Under the pieces are notes generated by a model. That model was not told the DNA's origin. It saw only the letters and a list, made by a program, of their open reading frames with translations, and did not search any database. Below are positions 9,305 through 19,892 of a stretch of 64,000 nt of DNA, one piece after another (positions within the stretch are counted from its first letter, which is position 1; each line of letters starts with the position of its first letter). Origin of the DNA: Bacteroidales bacterium. GTDB lineage: Bacteria > Bacteroidota > Bacteroidia > Bacteroidales > Muribaculaceae. Position numbers and translations under genes: made by a program. The stretch lies in the NCBI GenBank assembly GCA_030536615.1, contig JAUNPQ010000003.1:6484-70483 (forward strand), read 5' to 3'.

Positions 9305-10567
9305 ATGAAACTTCAGATCATAGTCATCGGCGATGAGATTCTTCTGGGCCATGTCACGGACACAAATTCCGGATTTATAGCACGCACACTTGAGCCTCTG
9401 GGATTCGCAGTAACAGACATCCACGCTGTTGCAGACAATGCCGATGCGATAAAGGAAAGCATACGCCGGAGCCTTGACGTTGCCGATCTGGTCATTGTCA
9501 CCGGCGGACTGGGGCCCACAAAAGATGACATCACAAAACGCACACTTCTGGAAATATTCGGAGGTGAAATGGTATTTGACGAATCTGTCTATGCCAACGT
9601 TAAGAAAATTTTTGCCGAACGACATCTGGAAATGAATGAACTGACACGCCTGCAGGCCATGGTCCCGTCATCGTGCCGCGTGCTTGCCAACGCCTATGGG
9701 ACGGCTCCCGGCATGTGGTTTGAAACGCCTGACGGCAAGGTGCTGATTTCATTGCCCGGAGTTCCGCATGAAACATGCTCCATGATGCAGGGCAATGTCC
9801 TTGACCGGATAAAACAGCGGTTTATCCCTGACATGCATTTCTCGCACCGTAAAATCCGGGTTGGAGGAATCACAGAAAGCGGTCTGGCAGAAATGCTCTC
9901 GGACTGGGAGGACGCATTGCCCGCGCAGTTGCATCTTGCCTATCTCCCGGCCTCACCCGTCATAACACTCCGACTTGACTGCTCCGGAAAAGATGCCGAT
10001 GCAACAGAACGGATACTTGACCGTTACACAGCGGAGCTTAAAGCAAAAGTAAAAACCTATCTGATTGACGAGGGGGACAACCCCATTGCCGAGACCTTGC
10101 TTGAGCACCTCCGTTCACGACATCTCACTCTCTGCACGGCAGAGAGCTGCACAGGAGGCCGGATAGCCGCCTCTATCACCGCCGTGGCCGGATGCAGCGA
10201 CGTTTTTCTTGGAGGTGTGGTTTCCTATGCCAATTCGGTGAAAAGAGGCATATTGGGAGTTGAGCAAGACACATTGGAAAGATATGGGGCCGTGAGTCCA
10301 CAGACCGTTGAGCAGATGCTCAGCGGTGCCATGCATGCCACAGACGCCGATTGCGCCATAGCGACCTCTGGCATCGCCGGCCCGGGAGGAGCCACACCCG
10401 GCAAACCAGTAGGGACAGTGTGGATAGGTGCGGCCATTCCCGGACATAAGCCAGTCATGGAACTGCATCACATGTCCGGCTCACGCGGGCAGGTGATAGA
10501 GCGCTCGGTGACAACAGCCATGATTATGTTGATAAAATTACTGGAACAATCCGGCCGCCAGCCGTAA
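9305..10567 (+). CDS. cinA: CinA family protein (MoCF-binding domain plus NMN deamidase PncC domain)
   Basis: IGDEILLG...DTNS, TGGLGPTKDDIT, TAESCTGG, GAVS, SGIAGPGG. Confidence 0.9.
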   Translation: MKLQIIVIGDEILLGHVTDTNSGFIARTLEPLGFAVTDIHAVADNADAIKESIRRSLDVADLVIVTGGLGPTKDDITKRTLLEIFGGEMVFDESVYANVKKIFAERHLEMNELTRLQAMVPSSCRVLANAYGTAPGMWFETPDGKVLISLPGVPHETCSMMQGNVLDRIKQRFIPDMHFSHRKIRVGGITESGLAEMLSDWEDALPAQLHLAYLPASPVITLRLDCSGKDADATERILDRYTAELKAKVKTYLIDEGDNPIAETLLEHLRSRHLTLCTAESCTGGRIAASITAVAGCSDVFLGGVVSYANSVKRGILGVEQDTLERYGAVSPQTVEQMLSGAMHATDADCAIATSGIAGPGGATPGKPVGTVWIGAAIPGHKPVMELHHMSGSRGQVIERSVTTAMIMLIKLLEQSGRQP

Positions 10568-10603
10568 ATATAAAGCAACGAGCAAGGATAAGACAAAAAA
10601 TAT

Positions 10604-11812
10604 ATGAGAAACCTGTTCAGGATAGCAGCTCTGATTATCGCATTCACAGCCATGCCACGGTGTCTCCACGCACACGCCGGCAACGACACGGTTGTCTCCA
10701 TTGTCAATTTCTATCCCGGCACTGAAATATTTGAGCTTGAAGGGCATACAGCTCTCCGCATACAATTTCCCGATGGCCGTGATCTGGCTGTCAGCTACGG
10801 CATGTTCAGTTTCAACGAGCCCAACTTCGTGTACAGGTTTGTGAAAGGCGAGACTGACTACTGGGTTGCCGCAATTCCCTGGAACTACTTCACAGACGGA
10901 TATATGGCCCACGGACGCCGTATAGTGGAGCACCGACTGAATATGGACAGCAGTCAGAAAGCCAGACTGATAAGCCTTCTGACTGACAATTTGCGACCTG
11001 AAAACGCCACCTATCGCTACAACTATGTACGCGACAATTGCGCCACACGTCCTCTTGGCATTATTGAAAAAGCCCTTGGTGACAGCATAATTCTTGGAAA
11101 TACCGGCACGATGCCTGAGGGCGAAGTGTCCTTTCGCGACATAATGCGCCATTACCACAGGAACTATCCATGGTATCAGTTCGGCATAGATCTGGCTCTG
11201 GGCAGCGGCATAGATCTCCCGCTCACAAACCGTGAGAAAGCATTTGCACCAGTTGTGCTTGACCAACAGCTCACAGGCGCCACAGCCGGGGGCAGACGCC
11301 TTGTAAGCAGCACAATAACACTGAACGATGTTCCAGAAGACAACGCCATAGCGGCACCCACGCCATGGTATCTGACCCCCCTTTTCGTTTTCACGCTCTG
11401 GATGCTGCTCGTGCTTATGTTCACCATACGTGACATAAAGCGTCAACGCCCCAGCCGCTGGCTTGACACCATACTCTTCGGCGTCTACGGTGTGGCCGGA
11501 TGCGTGGTGTTTTACCTTGTGACAGTGTCAAGCCACGAGGCAACATCGCCCAACTGGCTTGTTGCATGGCTCAATCCGCTATGCTTCATAGCAGCCATTG
11601 GCATATGGATAAAACGCGCGCGAAAATTGGTAATGTGGTATCAAATAGCTAACTTTGCAGTAATATTGCTCCTGAGCGCGGCATGGCCATTCATGCGGCA
11701 AAGCGGCAATCCCGCTTTCATTCCACTCATAGTGGCTGAACTTCTCAGATCCGGATGTTATATATATCTGACATTCCACAAAAAGGTACACGCAGAAATT
11801 GCACATAGATAA
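10604..11812 (+). CDS. lnb: DUF4105-domain membrane protein, probable lipoprotein N-acyltransferase Lnb
   Basis: GHTALRI (His) and YRYNYVRDNCATR (Cys) motifs followed by C-terminal transmembrane helices. Confidence 0.65.
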   Translation: MRNLFRIAALIIAFTAMPRCLHAHAGNDTVVSIVNFYPGTEIFELEGHTALRIQFPDGRDLAVSYGMFSFNEPNFVYRFVKGETDYWVAAIPWNYFTDGYMAHGRRIVEHRLNMDSSQKARLISLLTDNLRPENATYRYNYVRDNCATRPLGIIEKALGDSIILGNTGTMPEGEVSFRDIMRHYHRNYPWYQFGIDLALGSGIDLPLTNREKAFAPVVLDQQLTGATAGGRRLVSSTITLNDVPEDNAIAAPTPWYLTPLFVFTLWMLLVLMFTIRDIKRQRPSRWLDTILFGVYGVAGCVVFYLVTVSSHEATSPNWLVAWLNPLCFIAAIGIWIKRARKLVMWYQIANFAVILLLSAAWPFMRQSGNPAFIPLIVAELLRSGCYIYLTFHKKVHAEIAHR

Positions 11813-11849
11813 GTCACATAGCACAGACACTCAGGCGCCGTCACGGACC

Positions 11850-13439
11850 ATGACAGCGCGCAACGCGTTGCTTGCCACCCTGCTTGCCTCAATGGTAAGC
11901 ATTGCCGTAAGCGCACGGCAGCCGCGTCTTGTTGTGGGTATAATGATTGATGGGCTGCAACAGGAGTATATAGACCTCCTGCGTCAGCAGTTCGGTCCTG
12001 ACGGCTTCAACCGTCTGCTCCGCGAGGGAGTGGTGCTTGAAAACGTTGATTACGGCACAAACCTTGACGCAGCGGCAGCTACGGCTGTAATAATGACCGG
12101 CGCCTCACCGTCTGTCAACGGAATAGCCTCATCAGCGCATTTTGACCCGCTTGCCAAACGCAACTACAGTTCACTTCATGATCCGGCCGCCGTTGGCAAT
12201 TACACCACCGAAACCTACTCGCCACGGAATCTGCGCGTATCAACCATTGCCGATGAAGCGCGCATAGCAGGAGCAGGCGTCACTTATGTCTACAGTCTGG
12301 CCCCAGATGCCGAGCAGGCCATCATCATGGCCGGTCATGCCGCAAACAGCGCCGCATGGATAAACAGCGGCACCGGCAACTGGGCAACAACAACATTCTA
12401 CACAGATTTCCCCACATCACTTGTAAACCGCAACCGCATCAATCCTCTTTCGGTGCGTCTTGACAACATGCAGTGGGAGCCGTCAATAGCCGGTGCAGGG
12501 GCTGATTTTCTGCCTGACCACCTTACACGCTACCCGTTCCGTTATACTTTCCCGCGCTCAGATGCGGCCCGTTATGCGGCTTTCAAGGCATCTCCGCTGG
12601 TCAATACGGAAATAGCGCAAACAGCCACAGAACTTCTCACTTCGCTGCAGCTGGGCACGCACGACGGCTCAGACATGCTCAACATTGCATTTACCCTGCA
12701 GCCATACGTATACAGCAAATCGGCCGAAAACCGTTATGAGTTGGTTGACAGCTACATCAAGCTTGATCAGGATATCGCCGGACTGCTGAAAACCATTGAC
12801 ACCCGTGTGGGGCGTGACAATGCCATCATCTACGTGGCCGCCACACCGCCCTCGTCCAGACGCCGGCGTGATGACGCACGCTGGAACATCCCTGTCGGGG
12901 AATTCTCCACACGCAAGGCGGCATCGCTGCTCAATCTCTATCTCATCGCCCTGCACGGTAACGGGGACTGGGTCAAGGCTGTCTCAGACAACCATTTCTA
13001 TCTAAACGCCGACGCCGCCAAAGCCCATAACACCGAGATGCCGCAACTGCGTCGCGAGGTGGCCGAATTCCTCAGCCGCATGTCAGGCGTGGGACGTGCC
13101 ACATCAATTGACGACATCCTTGCCGGGACTGCTACAATTGAAAACGGCGAGGCACTGCGACGCAACACCGTTGCCTCTGCGGCAGGCGATGTCAGAGTTG
13201 ATCTGTTGCCCGGCTGGGAGCTTGTGGACGATTACGGAACCGCCGGGCCAAAAAGCGGAAAGATAAACGTCAATACACTGACAACCGCACCGGCCTACAT
13301 CCTTGCCCCCGACATCACCCCCGAGGTGATCAGAAACGTTGTAGACGCGCGCATCCTTGCCCCGACAATAGCGGGCCGGATGCACATCCGGTCTCCCAAC
13401 GGCGCATCTCTCGCCCCGTTGCGATTCACCGGCAAGTAG
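11850..13439 (+). CDS. Alkaline phosphatase superfamily (PafA-like) protein with an apparently degenerate active site
   Basis: PRLVVGIMIDGL N-terminus and fold landmarks present; nucleophile and most metal-ligand motifs not recognisable; ATG 11850. Confidence 0.7.
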   Translation: MTARNALLATLLASMVSIAVSARQPRLVVGIMIDGLQQEYIDLLRQQFGPDGFNRLLREGVVLENVDYGTNLDAAAATAVIMTGASPSVNGIASSAHFDPLAKRNYSSLHDPAAVGNYTTETYSPRNLRVSTIADEARIAGAGVTYVYSLAPDAEQAIIMAGHAANSAAWINSGTGNWATTTFYTDFPTSLVNRNRINPLSVRLDNMQWEPSIAGAGADFLPDHLTRYPFRYTFPRSDAARYAAFKASPLVNTEIAQTATELLTSLQLGTHDGSDMLNIAFTLQPYVYSKSAENRYELVDSYIKLDQDIAGLLKTIDTRVGRDNAIIYVAATPPSSRRRRDDARWNIPVGEFSTRKAASLLNLYLIALHGNGDWVKAVSDNHFYLNADAAKAHNTEMPQLRREVAEFLSRMSGVGRATSIDDILAGTATIENGEALRRNTVASAAGDVRVDLLPGWELVDDYGTAGPKSGKINVNTLTTAPAYILAPDITPEVIRNVVDARILAPTIAGRMHIRSPNGASLAPLRFTGK

Positions 13440-13503
13440 GACCCGGCAAGCTCCTACCGTTTTTCAAATCAACAGGAATACAAATACATAACACAAAAAT
13501 AAA

Positions 13504-16500
13504 ATGTCATTTACAGGCATACTCAGCAAAATGTTTGGCGACAAATCGAGCCGTGACCGCAAGCGTCTACAGCCAATCGTCAACAAAATCAACAGTCTGC
13601 GTCCGGAAATAGAAAAACTGTCGAACGATGAACTGCGTGCAAAGATAGATGAAGTACGCGCCGACATAGACAGTGCCGTCGCACCACATGAAAAAGCCAT
13701 CGCCGAAATACGCGATAAAGTTGAAAGCGTCCCCTTTGAGGAAAGACAGCCGTTATGGGACGACATAGACAGCCATGAGAAGAAAATACTTGAGGCAATT
13801 GACGAGAAACTCCGCGCCAACCTTGAGACAGTCTTTGCCGTACTGCGCGAAACAGCGGCACGCTTCGCAAAAAATGAGACCATAGAAGTCACCGCCACAC
13901 AGTTTGACCGCGAACTGGCTGCCGAAGGTCGCGATTTCGTAACCATTGACGGTGACAAAGCCTTGTGGAAAAACCACTGGATGGCCGGTGGCAGCGAAGT
14001 GACATGGGACATGGTCCACTATGACGTGCAGCTTATGGGCGGAGTGGTTCTCTATGAAGGAAAAATTGCAGAAATGGCAACCGGTGAGGGTAAGACCCTT
14101 GTCGCCACCCTGCCGGTTTTCCTGCGCTCACTGTCACGCAAGGGTGTGCATGTGGTAACCGTCAACGACTATCTTTCAAAACGTGACTCAGAGTGGATGG
14201 GCCCGCTGTATATGTTCCATGGAGCATCCGTTGACTGCATTGACAAACACCAGCCAAACACTCCTGAACGCCGCAAGGCATACAACTGCGACATCACCTT
14301 CGGCACAAACAACGAGTTCGGCTTTGACTACCTGCGTGACAACATGGCCCTTGATCCCGAAGACATGGTGCAGCGCAAACACTATTTCGCCATTGTGGAT
14401 GAGGTTGACTCCGTACTCATTGATGACGCACGCACCCCTCTCATCATCTCAGGTCCGGTGCCTAAAGGCGATGACCAGTACTTCAATGACTACAAGGGCA
14501 ATGTAGAGAAAGTTGTTCAGGCACAGCGACGCCTTGTGACACAGATACTCTCAGAGGCAAAGACAAAACTGGCCTCCGAGAACAAAGATGACCAGAAAGA
14601 AGGCGCTCTGCTGCTGTTCCGCGCATTCAAGGGCCTTCCCAAGAACGGAGCGCTCATAAAGTTCCTGAGTCAGGAGGGTATGAAGAACATCCTTCTCGCC
14701 ACAGAAGCCAACTACCTCAAGGACGGCGCACGCGAGATGCCGGTGGTCACTGACCCCCTTTACTTTGTCATTGACGAGAAAAACCGCAGTGTTGAGCTTA
14801 CCGACAAAGGCCTTGACGAACTCACCAAAGGCATAAGCGATCCTCAGTTCTTTGTGCTGCCTGACATTGCCGCCCAGCTCTCGGAACTTGAGAACATAGC
14901 TGACCCGACAGAGCGCGCGGCAAAGAAAGACACCCTCATGCAGGACTATGCCGTAAAAGCCGAGCGCGTTCACACAGTGACACAGCTCCTCAAGGCATAT
15001 ACAATGTTTGAAAAAGACGTGGAATATGTCATTGATGACAACAAGATAAAGATTGTTGACGAACAGACGGGCCGCATCATGGAAGGACGCCGCTACAGCG
15101 ACGGCCTGCATCAGGCAATAGAAGCCAAAGAAGGTGTGAAAGTAGAGGCCGCCACACAGACATTCGCCACCATTACCCTACAGAACTACTTCCGCATGTA
15201 CTACAAACTTGCCGGAATGACCGGTACTGCGGAGACAGAGGCCGGCGAGTTCTGGGACATCTACAAACTTGATGTTGTGACAATCCCCACAAACCGTCCC
15301 ATTGCCCGCAAGGACATGAATGACCGCGTGTACCGCACCAAACGCGAGAAATACGCTGCAGTCATCGACGAGATTGTGCGCCTTGTGGGCGAAGGGCGCC
15401 CGGTGCTTGTCGGCACAACATCGGTTGAGATCTCCGAACTTCTCAGCCGCATGCTTGACATGCGCCACATACCCCATAACGTCCTCAACGCCAAACTGCA
15501 CCAGAAAGAGGCGGAGATCGTGGCACATGCCGGACGCACCGGTATAGTCACCATTGCCACCAACATGGCCGGCCGAGGCACCGACATCAAGCTTACACCT
15601 GAAGTCAAAGCCGCAGGCGGTCTGGCAATCATCGGTACAGAACGCCACGAGAGCCGCCGTGTGGACCGTCAGCTGCGCGGACGTGCCGGACGACAGGGAG
15701 ATCCCGGTTCATCAGTGTTCTACGTATCGTTCGAGGACCAGCTGATGCGCGTATATGCCTCTGACCGCATCATGAAGATCCTTGACTCACTGGGCTTCAA
15801 GGAAGGTGAGATGCTTGAGCACAAAATGATCTCCAACTCAATCGAGAAAGCTCAGAAGCGTGTTGAGGAAAACAACTTCGGCATGCGCAAGCACCTGCTT
15901 GATTATGACGATGTCATGAACAAACAGCGCACATACATATACTCGCAGCGCCAGCACGCCCTGAAAGGCGAAAGGATAGGCATAGACATATCAAACATGA
16001 TCTATGACGTCATCGAAAACCTCATAGACACCTATCCCACTGCAGCCGATTTCCCCGACTTCTCGCTTGAACTGATGAAGATCCTTGCCATTGAGCCGGA
16101 GATGACAGAGAAAGAATATGGTGACATGGAAAAGGATGAGAAAGTGACACGCCTGCACGGGCTTGCCATGGAAACCCTCAACCGCAAGAGCGACCGCATC
16201 CGCGAGATCATCATGCCTGTTATCCGTGAGGCCGTTGATGCCGGCGAGACCGGAATCCGCGCTCTCCCCATCACTGACGGCAAACGCATTTTCCGCGTGC
16301 TCTTTGATCTTGAGGAAGCCGTGCGCACCGATGGACGCTCAATAGTTAAAGAATGGCAGAAACGTGTTCTGCTGCTGAATATTGACGAACTCTGGAAAGA
16401 ACATCTCCGCGAACTTGATGATCTGCGCCAGTCTGTGCGCAACGCATCATATGAGCAGAAAGATCCGCTTGTAATCTACAAGGTGGAATCTTTCCATCTC

Positions 16501-16854
16501 TTTGAGCGCATGCTCTCCAACCTCAATAACAAAAGCACATCCATGCTCATGCGCGGACAACTCTATGTGCGTCAGGCTCCGGCCGAACAACCCGCCGATG
16601 CCTCGGCACAGCGTCCGGAAATGCAACGCGCCATGCCTCAGCCGCGCGCTCCGCAAGAATATAAGACCTCAAAAGCCACTCTCCCCAGCGAGGAAGCCGC
16701 TGCTGCCGCCCAACGCGCAGCAGCCTCAGCTCCGCAAGGTGCTCCCGCCGCTGCAACTCCTTTCAAGAACAATGGACCGCGCATCGGGCGCAACGATCCA
16801 TGTCCCTGCGGCTCAGGCAAGAAATACAAGAATTGCCACGGACGCGGAATATAA
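13504..16854 (+). CDS. secA: Preprotein translocase subunit SecA
   Basis: [36 protein letters not shown]-terminal [17 protein letters not shown]. Confidence 0.98.
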   Translation: MSFTGILSKMFGDKSSRDRKRLQPIVNKINSLRPEIEKLSNDELRAKIDEVRADIDSAVAPHEKAIAEIRDKVESVPFEERQPLWDDIDSHEKKILEAIDEKLRANLETVFAVLRETAARFAKNETIEVTATQFDRELAAEGRDFVTIDGDKALWKNHWMAGGSEVTWDMVHYDVQLMGGVVLYEGKIAEMATGEGKTLVATLPVFLRSLSRKGVHVVTVNDYLSKRDSEWMGPLYMFHGASVDCIDKHQPNTPERRKAYNCDITFGTNNEFGFDYLRDNMALDPEDMVQRKHYFAIVDEVDSVLIDDARTPLIISGPVPKGDDQYFNDYKGNVEKVVQAQRRLVTQILSEAKTKLASENKDDQKEGALLLFRAFKGLPKNGALIKFLSQEGMKNILLATEANYLKDGAREMPVVTDPLYFVIDEKNRSVELTDKGLDELTKGISDPQFFVLPDIAAQLSELENIADPTERAAKKDTLMQDYAVKAERVHTVTQLLKAYTMFEKDVEYVIDDNKIKIVDEQTGRIMEGRRYSDGLHQAIEAKEGVKVEAATQTFATITLQNYFRMYYKLAGMTGTAETEAGEFWDIYKLDVVTIPTNRPIARKDMNDRVYRTKREKYAAVIDEIVRLVGEGRPVLVGTTSVEISELLSRMLDMRHIPHNVLNAKLHQKEAEIVAHAGRTGIVTIATNMAGRGTDIKLTPEVKAAGGLAIIGTERHESRRVDRQLRGRAGRQGDPGSSVFYVSFEDQLMRVYASDRIMKILDSLGFKEGEMLEHKMISNSIEKAQKRVEENNFGMRKHLLDYDDVMNKQRTYIYSQRQHALKGERIGIDISNMIYDVIENLIDTYPTAADFPDFSLELMKILAIEPEMTEKEYGDMEKDEKVTRLHGLAMETLNRKSDRIREIIMPVIREAVDAGETGIRALPITDGKRIFRVLFDLEEAVRTDGRSIVKEWQKRVLLLNIDELWKEHLRELDDLRQSVRNASYEQKDPLVIYKVESFHLFERMLSNLNNKSTSMLMRGQLYVRQAPAEQPADASAQRPEMQRAMPQPRAPQEYKTSKATLPSEEAAAAAQRAAASAPQGAPAAATPFKNNGPRIGRNDPCPCGSGKKYKNCHGRGI

Positions 16855-16890
16855 TGTATATCTCCAATCACTAATTCAAACATAGCAAAG

Positions 16891-17583
16891 ATGAAAAAGA
16901 CATTGATCCTGATGGCCGCAGCCGCCATCTCACTCTCAGCAGCGGCACAGTCATCCATATTCTGCAGCGATGACAACCACCGTTTCTTCGGCGTACGTGC
17001 CTCACTTGACATATCCACACCGTCAGACATAAAAGTTGATGACACCCATACAAAACTTGACGCCCTCAACCCCGGCGCAGGTTTCTCGATAGGCGCGATA
17101 TACAATCTGCCGGTCATAGCCAACTTCTATGTTGAGCCCGGCGTGTCATTGTACTATCATACTTCAAAAGTGGAAAAAGATCTGCTGAAAGACAATGCCG
17201 GAGGCATCAACGACTATACCGGCGCCTCATTGCGCGAATTCGGTCTCAGCATTCCCGTGCAGTTGGGATATCACTTTGATTTCCAACCGGTCAGAGTCAA
17301 TGTATTCACCGGACCGGTATTTAATATAGGCCTCAAAGGCCGCTGGCATGTCTCTGACAAGTCCGGGGATATTGACATGAACGGTTCCACAGGCGCATAT
17401 GGCGAAAACGGAGGTCTGAACCGCGCGGATGTGGCCTGGCGTTTCGGTGCCGGCGTCACTCTCAGCGAGCGTTATGTGATTGCTCTCCACGGCGATGTTG
17501 CAATGACAAACGCATTGCATGATACTCCCGGAATCTCCATGCACCGCAATCAGGTTGCAATAACACTGGGATATAATTTCTGA
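16891..17583 (+). CDS. Outer-membrane beta-barrel (porin family) protein
   Basis: Signal peptide MKKTLILMAAAA; C-terminal ITLGYNF. Confidence 0.75.
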   Translation: MKKTLILMAAAAISLSAAAQSSIFCSDDNHRFFGVRASLDISTPSDIKVDDTHTKLDALNPGAGFSIGAIYNLPVIANFYVEPGVSLYYHTSKVEKDLLKDNAGGINDYTGASLREFGLSIPVQLGYHFDFQPVRVNVFTGPVFNIGLKGRWHVSDKSGDIDMNGSTGAYGENGGLNRADVAWRFGAGVTLSERYVIALHGDVAMTNALHDTPGISMHRNQVAITLGYNF

Positions 17584-17592
17584 ATAAAACGG

Positions 17593-17652
17593 AGTTTAAG
17601 TAAACACAGAGGGAGCACCCGCACGGGTGCTCCCTCTGTGTTTACTTAAACT
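17593..17652. terminator. Perfect 28-bp inverted repeat (loop GCAC), probable intrinsic terminator
   Basis: 17593-17620 is the exact reverse complement of 17625-17652; T run follows; 10 nt after the porin stop. Confidence 0.7.
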
Positions 17653-17695
17653 TTTAGACTGAGCCGGATGTTATTGTTTCATCAACTTGAATATT

Positions 17696-18502
17696 ATGAG
17701 ACACACATTTCTACTCATCTGCGCCATCACCGGCATATGCGGGGCATATGCTGACAACACCACAACTCCCGTTGGAGAAGATCCCATCCCATTCCAGATA
17801 AACGGAATAGAGTATATCGGTAAGGGTACCTATGCCCAGGTCACAGGATATACCGGCAGTGACACTCACTTAGACATCCCCAGAGATGTAAAATACGATG
17901 GCCGGACATATCTTGTCTATAACATTCAGGCCAACGCCTTCAATGGCAACCGCACCGTCACATCCATATCCATCCCATACATACATGTCATCGGTGCATC
18001 GGCTTTTGCCGGAAGTGCTGTCACTGCGATAGAACTGCCATCAACGCTGACAACAGTTGGAGAATCAGCCTTTGCCGGAAGTGATCTGCAGACACTCACT
18101 TTCCAAAAAAGTTCAAAAGCGCTCACCATAGCGCAAGACGCTTTCAATACACCGTCACTACAGACAATCATAATGCTCCGTCAAGAATTACCTACAACCA
18201 ACGGTAATATTTTCAGCGAACAGACTCTTAGCAACGGTCAGTTTCTATTAGAGGAAAGTCTTCCGGAAGATGTAAAAGAAAAATACCGCACAACAGAGCC
18301 GTGGAAAACATTCTTTGAGAACAACCGTGGTACAATTACCGGGAATGCTGATATTGAGTATTCGCACTCCGATTTGTTTGATGTCTATACCACCGGTGGT
18401 CTCAGGCTTTCAACCATTGCAACAGACAACATCGGGACACTCGCACCGGGCCTTTATATTTTCAGACAAGGCGCAATGACTAAAAAAGTGCTTATACGAT
18501 GA
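17696..18502 (+). CDS. BspA-type leucine-rich repeat surface protein with a T9SS-like C-terminal tail
   Basis: IGASAFAGS, LPSTLTTVGESAFAGS repeats; tail LAPGLYIFRQGAMTKKVLIR; ATG 17696. Confidence 0.75.
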   Translation: MRHTFLLICAITGICGAYADNTTTPVGEDPIPFQINGIEYIGKGTYAQVTGYTGSDTHLDIPRDVKYDGRTYLVYNIQANAFNGNRTVTSISIPYIHVIGASAFAGSAVTAIELPSTLTTVGESAFAGSDLQTLTFQKSSKALTIAQDAFNTPSLQTIIMLRQELPTTNGNIFSEQTLSNGQFLLEESLPEDVKEKYRTTEPWKTFFENNRGTITGNADIEYSHSDLFDVYTTGGLRLSTIATDNIGTLAPGLYIFRQGAMTKKVLIR

Positions 18503-18526
18503 TTTTTCCAGACGGGAATATCCTTG

Positions 18527-19117
18527 TCAGCGTGTAAGAGTAATATGATTCTCTTCCGCAATACGTCTGAGATTGATAATCGCGTAGCGCATGCGTCCAA
18601 GAGCTGTGTTTATTCCTACTCCGGTGCGTTCTGCTATCTCCTTGAATGACATGTTTCCATAGTAGCGCATCACCAGCACCTGACGCTGCTCGCGCGGAAG
18701 GGCGCGTACCATCTGGCGGATATCATCGCGTATGGCTGTGTCCACAAGGGCATCTTCAATTGTAGCGTCGCACAACTCGCGACGGTTCAGCAGGTCATAG
18801 TCACTCTCATCAGTAGAAACTGTGTTCTCTGATTTCTCCTGCCGGTAATAATCTATGATGTTGTTATGTACAATACGTATCACCCATGACACAAATTTGC
18901 CATCGGCACTGTAACGTCCTTGCTTGATTGTGGTGATGACTTTCACAAACGCATCCTGAAAGATGTCATTGGCCAGATCTGCATCCTTTATTATATGCAT
19001 TATATAATTGAATATCCGGCGCTGATGTCTTTCCAGCAACACGTCAAAAGCCTGATTGTCTCCTGAAGCAAAAGCAGCAACCAATTCGTCATCGGTCTGC
19101 CTGCGGTATTCCTGCAT
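18527..19117 (-). CDS. ECF-type RNA polymerase sigma-70 factor
   Basis: DIFQDAFVK, WVIRIVHN...IDYYR, region 4 FKEIAERTGVGINTALGRMRYA. Confidence 0.9.
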   Translation of the reverse strand: MQEYRRQTDDELVAAFASGDNQAFDVLLERHQRRIFNYIMHIIKDADLANDIFQDAFVKVITTIKQGRYSADGKFVSWVIRIVHNNIIDYYRQEKSENTVSTDESDYDLLNRRELCDATIEDALVDTAIRDDIRQMVRALPREQRQVLVMRYYGNMSFKEIAERTGVGINTALGRMRYAIINLRRIAEENHITLTR

Positions 19118-19252
19118 TGTCTATGTCTATAAGTTTGGTTTAGAGTAGAACTTTTTCAATAGGCAATCAATTTTTTGGTTTAAGCGTTTTCAGGCAGAGC
19201 TATGGGATTTATTGGTTTTAACGATTGGTTGTTGTTCTGCCTTTTTCACTTA

Positions 19253-19260
19253 CAAAGTTA
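19253..19260 (-). promoter_or_regulatory. TAnnTTTG element upstream of the ECF sigma gene
   Basis: CAAAGTTA, reverse complement TAACTTTG. Confidence 0.5.
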
Positions 19261-19539
19261 TATAATTTACCAATCGCCGCCAACGCACCGACAGCCTCTT
19301 TAAGATTTTTTATGACACCACACACAATATTGCCATTTTTTCTTTTTGCAAAATAATACACATAAGCGCTCCTGATGACGGCAACTTAGACTTATGCTTC
19401 CGGATAATGACACAGAAATATCCATGAATGCCTTTTCTGTTAAAAATTATCATGCATCAAGGCAATATTACGTTCAAAGCAACCGTTTTATGTATGACAA
19501 GACAAGAAGTCTCACCCCTAAAACCCAGAAATTCTGCCT

Positions 19540-19701
19540 ATGAAGAAAATTTTTACTCAACAAACTCCGTCAATGACATCAATCCCTTCCGTAAACAGCC
19601 GGTGCAAAGAGTGCCCAAGACAACAGACCATGGCATTTCTGAAACAATTTGCCCGTGCATATTATCCCGTAAGCCGGACATCAGGCGTCATACTCAACTG
19701 A
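19540..19701 (+). CDS. Small hypothetical protein, 53 aa: MKKIFTQQTPSMTSIPSVNSRCKECPRQQTMAFLKQFARAYYPVSRTSGVILN
   Basis: Hand translation, below the ORF-track cutoff; the P-x-x-x-T-x-x-FLKQFARAY...LN pattern resembles, from memory, small Bacteroidetes proteins found beside this sigma factor; hairpin downstream. Confidence 0.6.
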   Translation: MKKIFTQQTPSMTSIPSVNSRCKECPRQQTMAFLKQFARAYYPVSRTSGVILN

Positions 19702-19784
19702 GCCGGCGTTCAATGGTGTCATAATATTCAATTTCACATCGGTATTTGCCAATAGGCCACGCACCGATGCACAAGCCACAGCAA

Positions 19785-19816
19785 AAGCCGGTTGACCATA
19801 ATCTGTCAACCGGCTT
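19785..19816. terminator. 12-bp perfect hairpin, probable terminator
   Basis: AAGCCGGTTGAC / GTCAACCGGCTT with an 8-nt loop, between the small ORF and the uvrB promoter. Confidence 0.6.
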
Positions 19817-19867
19817 AAAGCTTCTTAAAAAACGCAGGCTGCGCACAGCAGTATCAGGGATTTTTTG

Positions 19868-19875
19868 TACCTTTG
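19868..19875 (+). promoter_or_regulatory. TAnnTTTG promoter element for uvrB
   Basis: TACCTTTG 18 nt before ATG 19893. Confidence 0.6.
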
Positions 19876-19892
19876 ACTATTGTCTTATATTC

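Noticed and set aside
10538-11446. Long antisense ORFs (for example 302 aa here, 310 aa at 21168-22100, 294 aa at 52935-53819)
   Set aside because: Shadow frames of well-supported genes on the opposite strand, with no motifs.
13504-16854. Apparent avoidance of TCGA in host genes compared with the island
   Set aside because: The impression is by eye only and TCGA still occurs several times in secA; it needs genome-wide observed/expected tetramer counts.
19372-19406. CTGATGA followed by a short stem, resembling a hammerhead ribozyme core
   Set aside because: The following strand reads GATA rather than the invariant GAAA, stem II is only 3 bp, and I could not build stems I and III.
19428-19724. 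98-aa ORF in the track
   Set aside because: No recognisable features; it overlaps, in another frame, the more plausible 53-aa ORF at 19540-19701.
19746-19892. N-terminal extension of uvrB in the ORF track
   Set aside because: It spans a terminator hairpin and the uvrB promoter; the true start is almost certainly ATG 19893.
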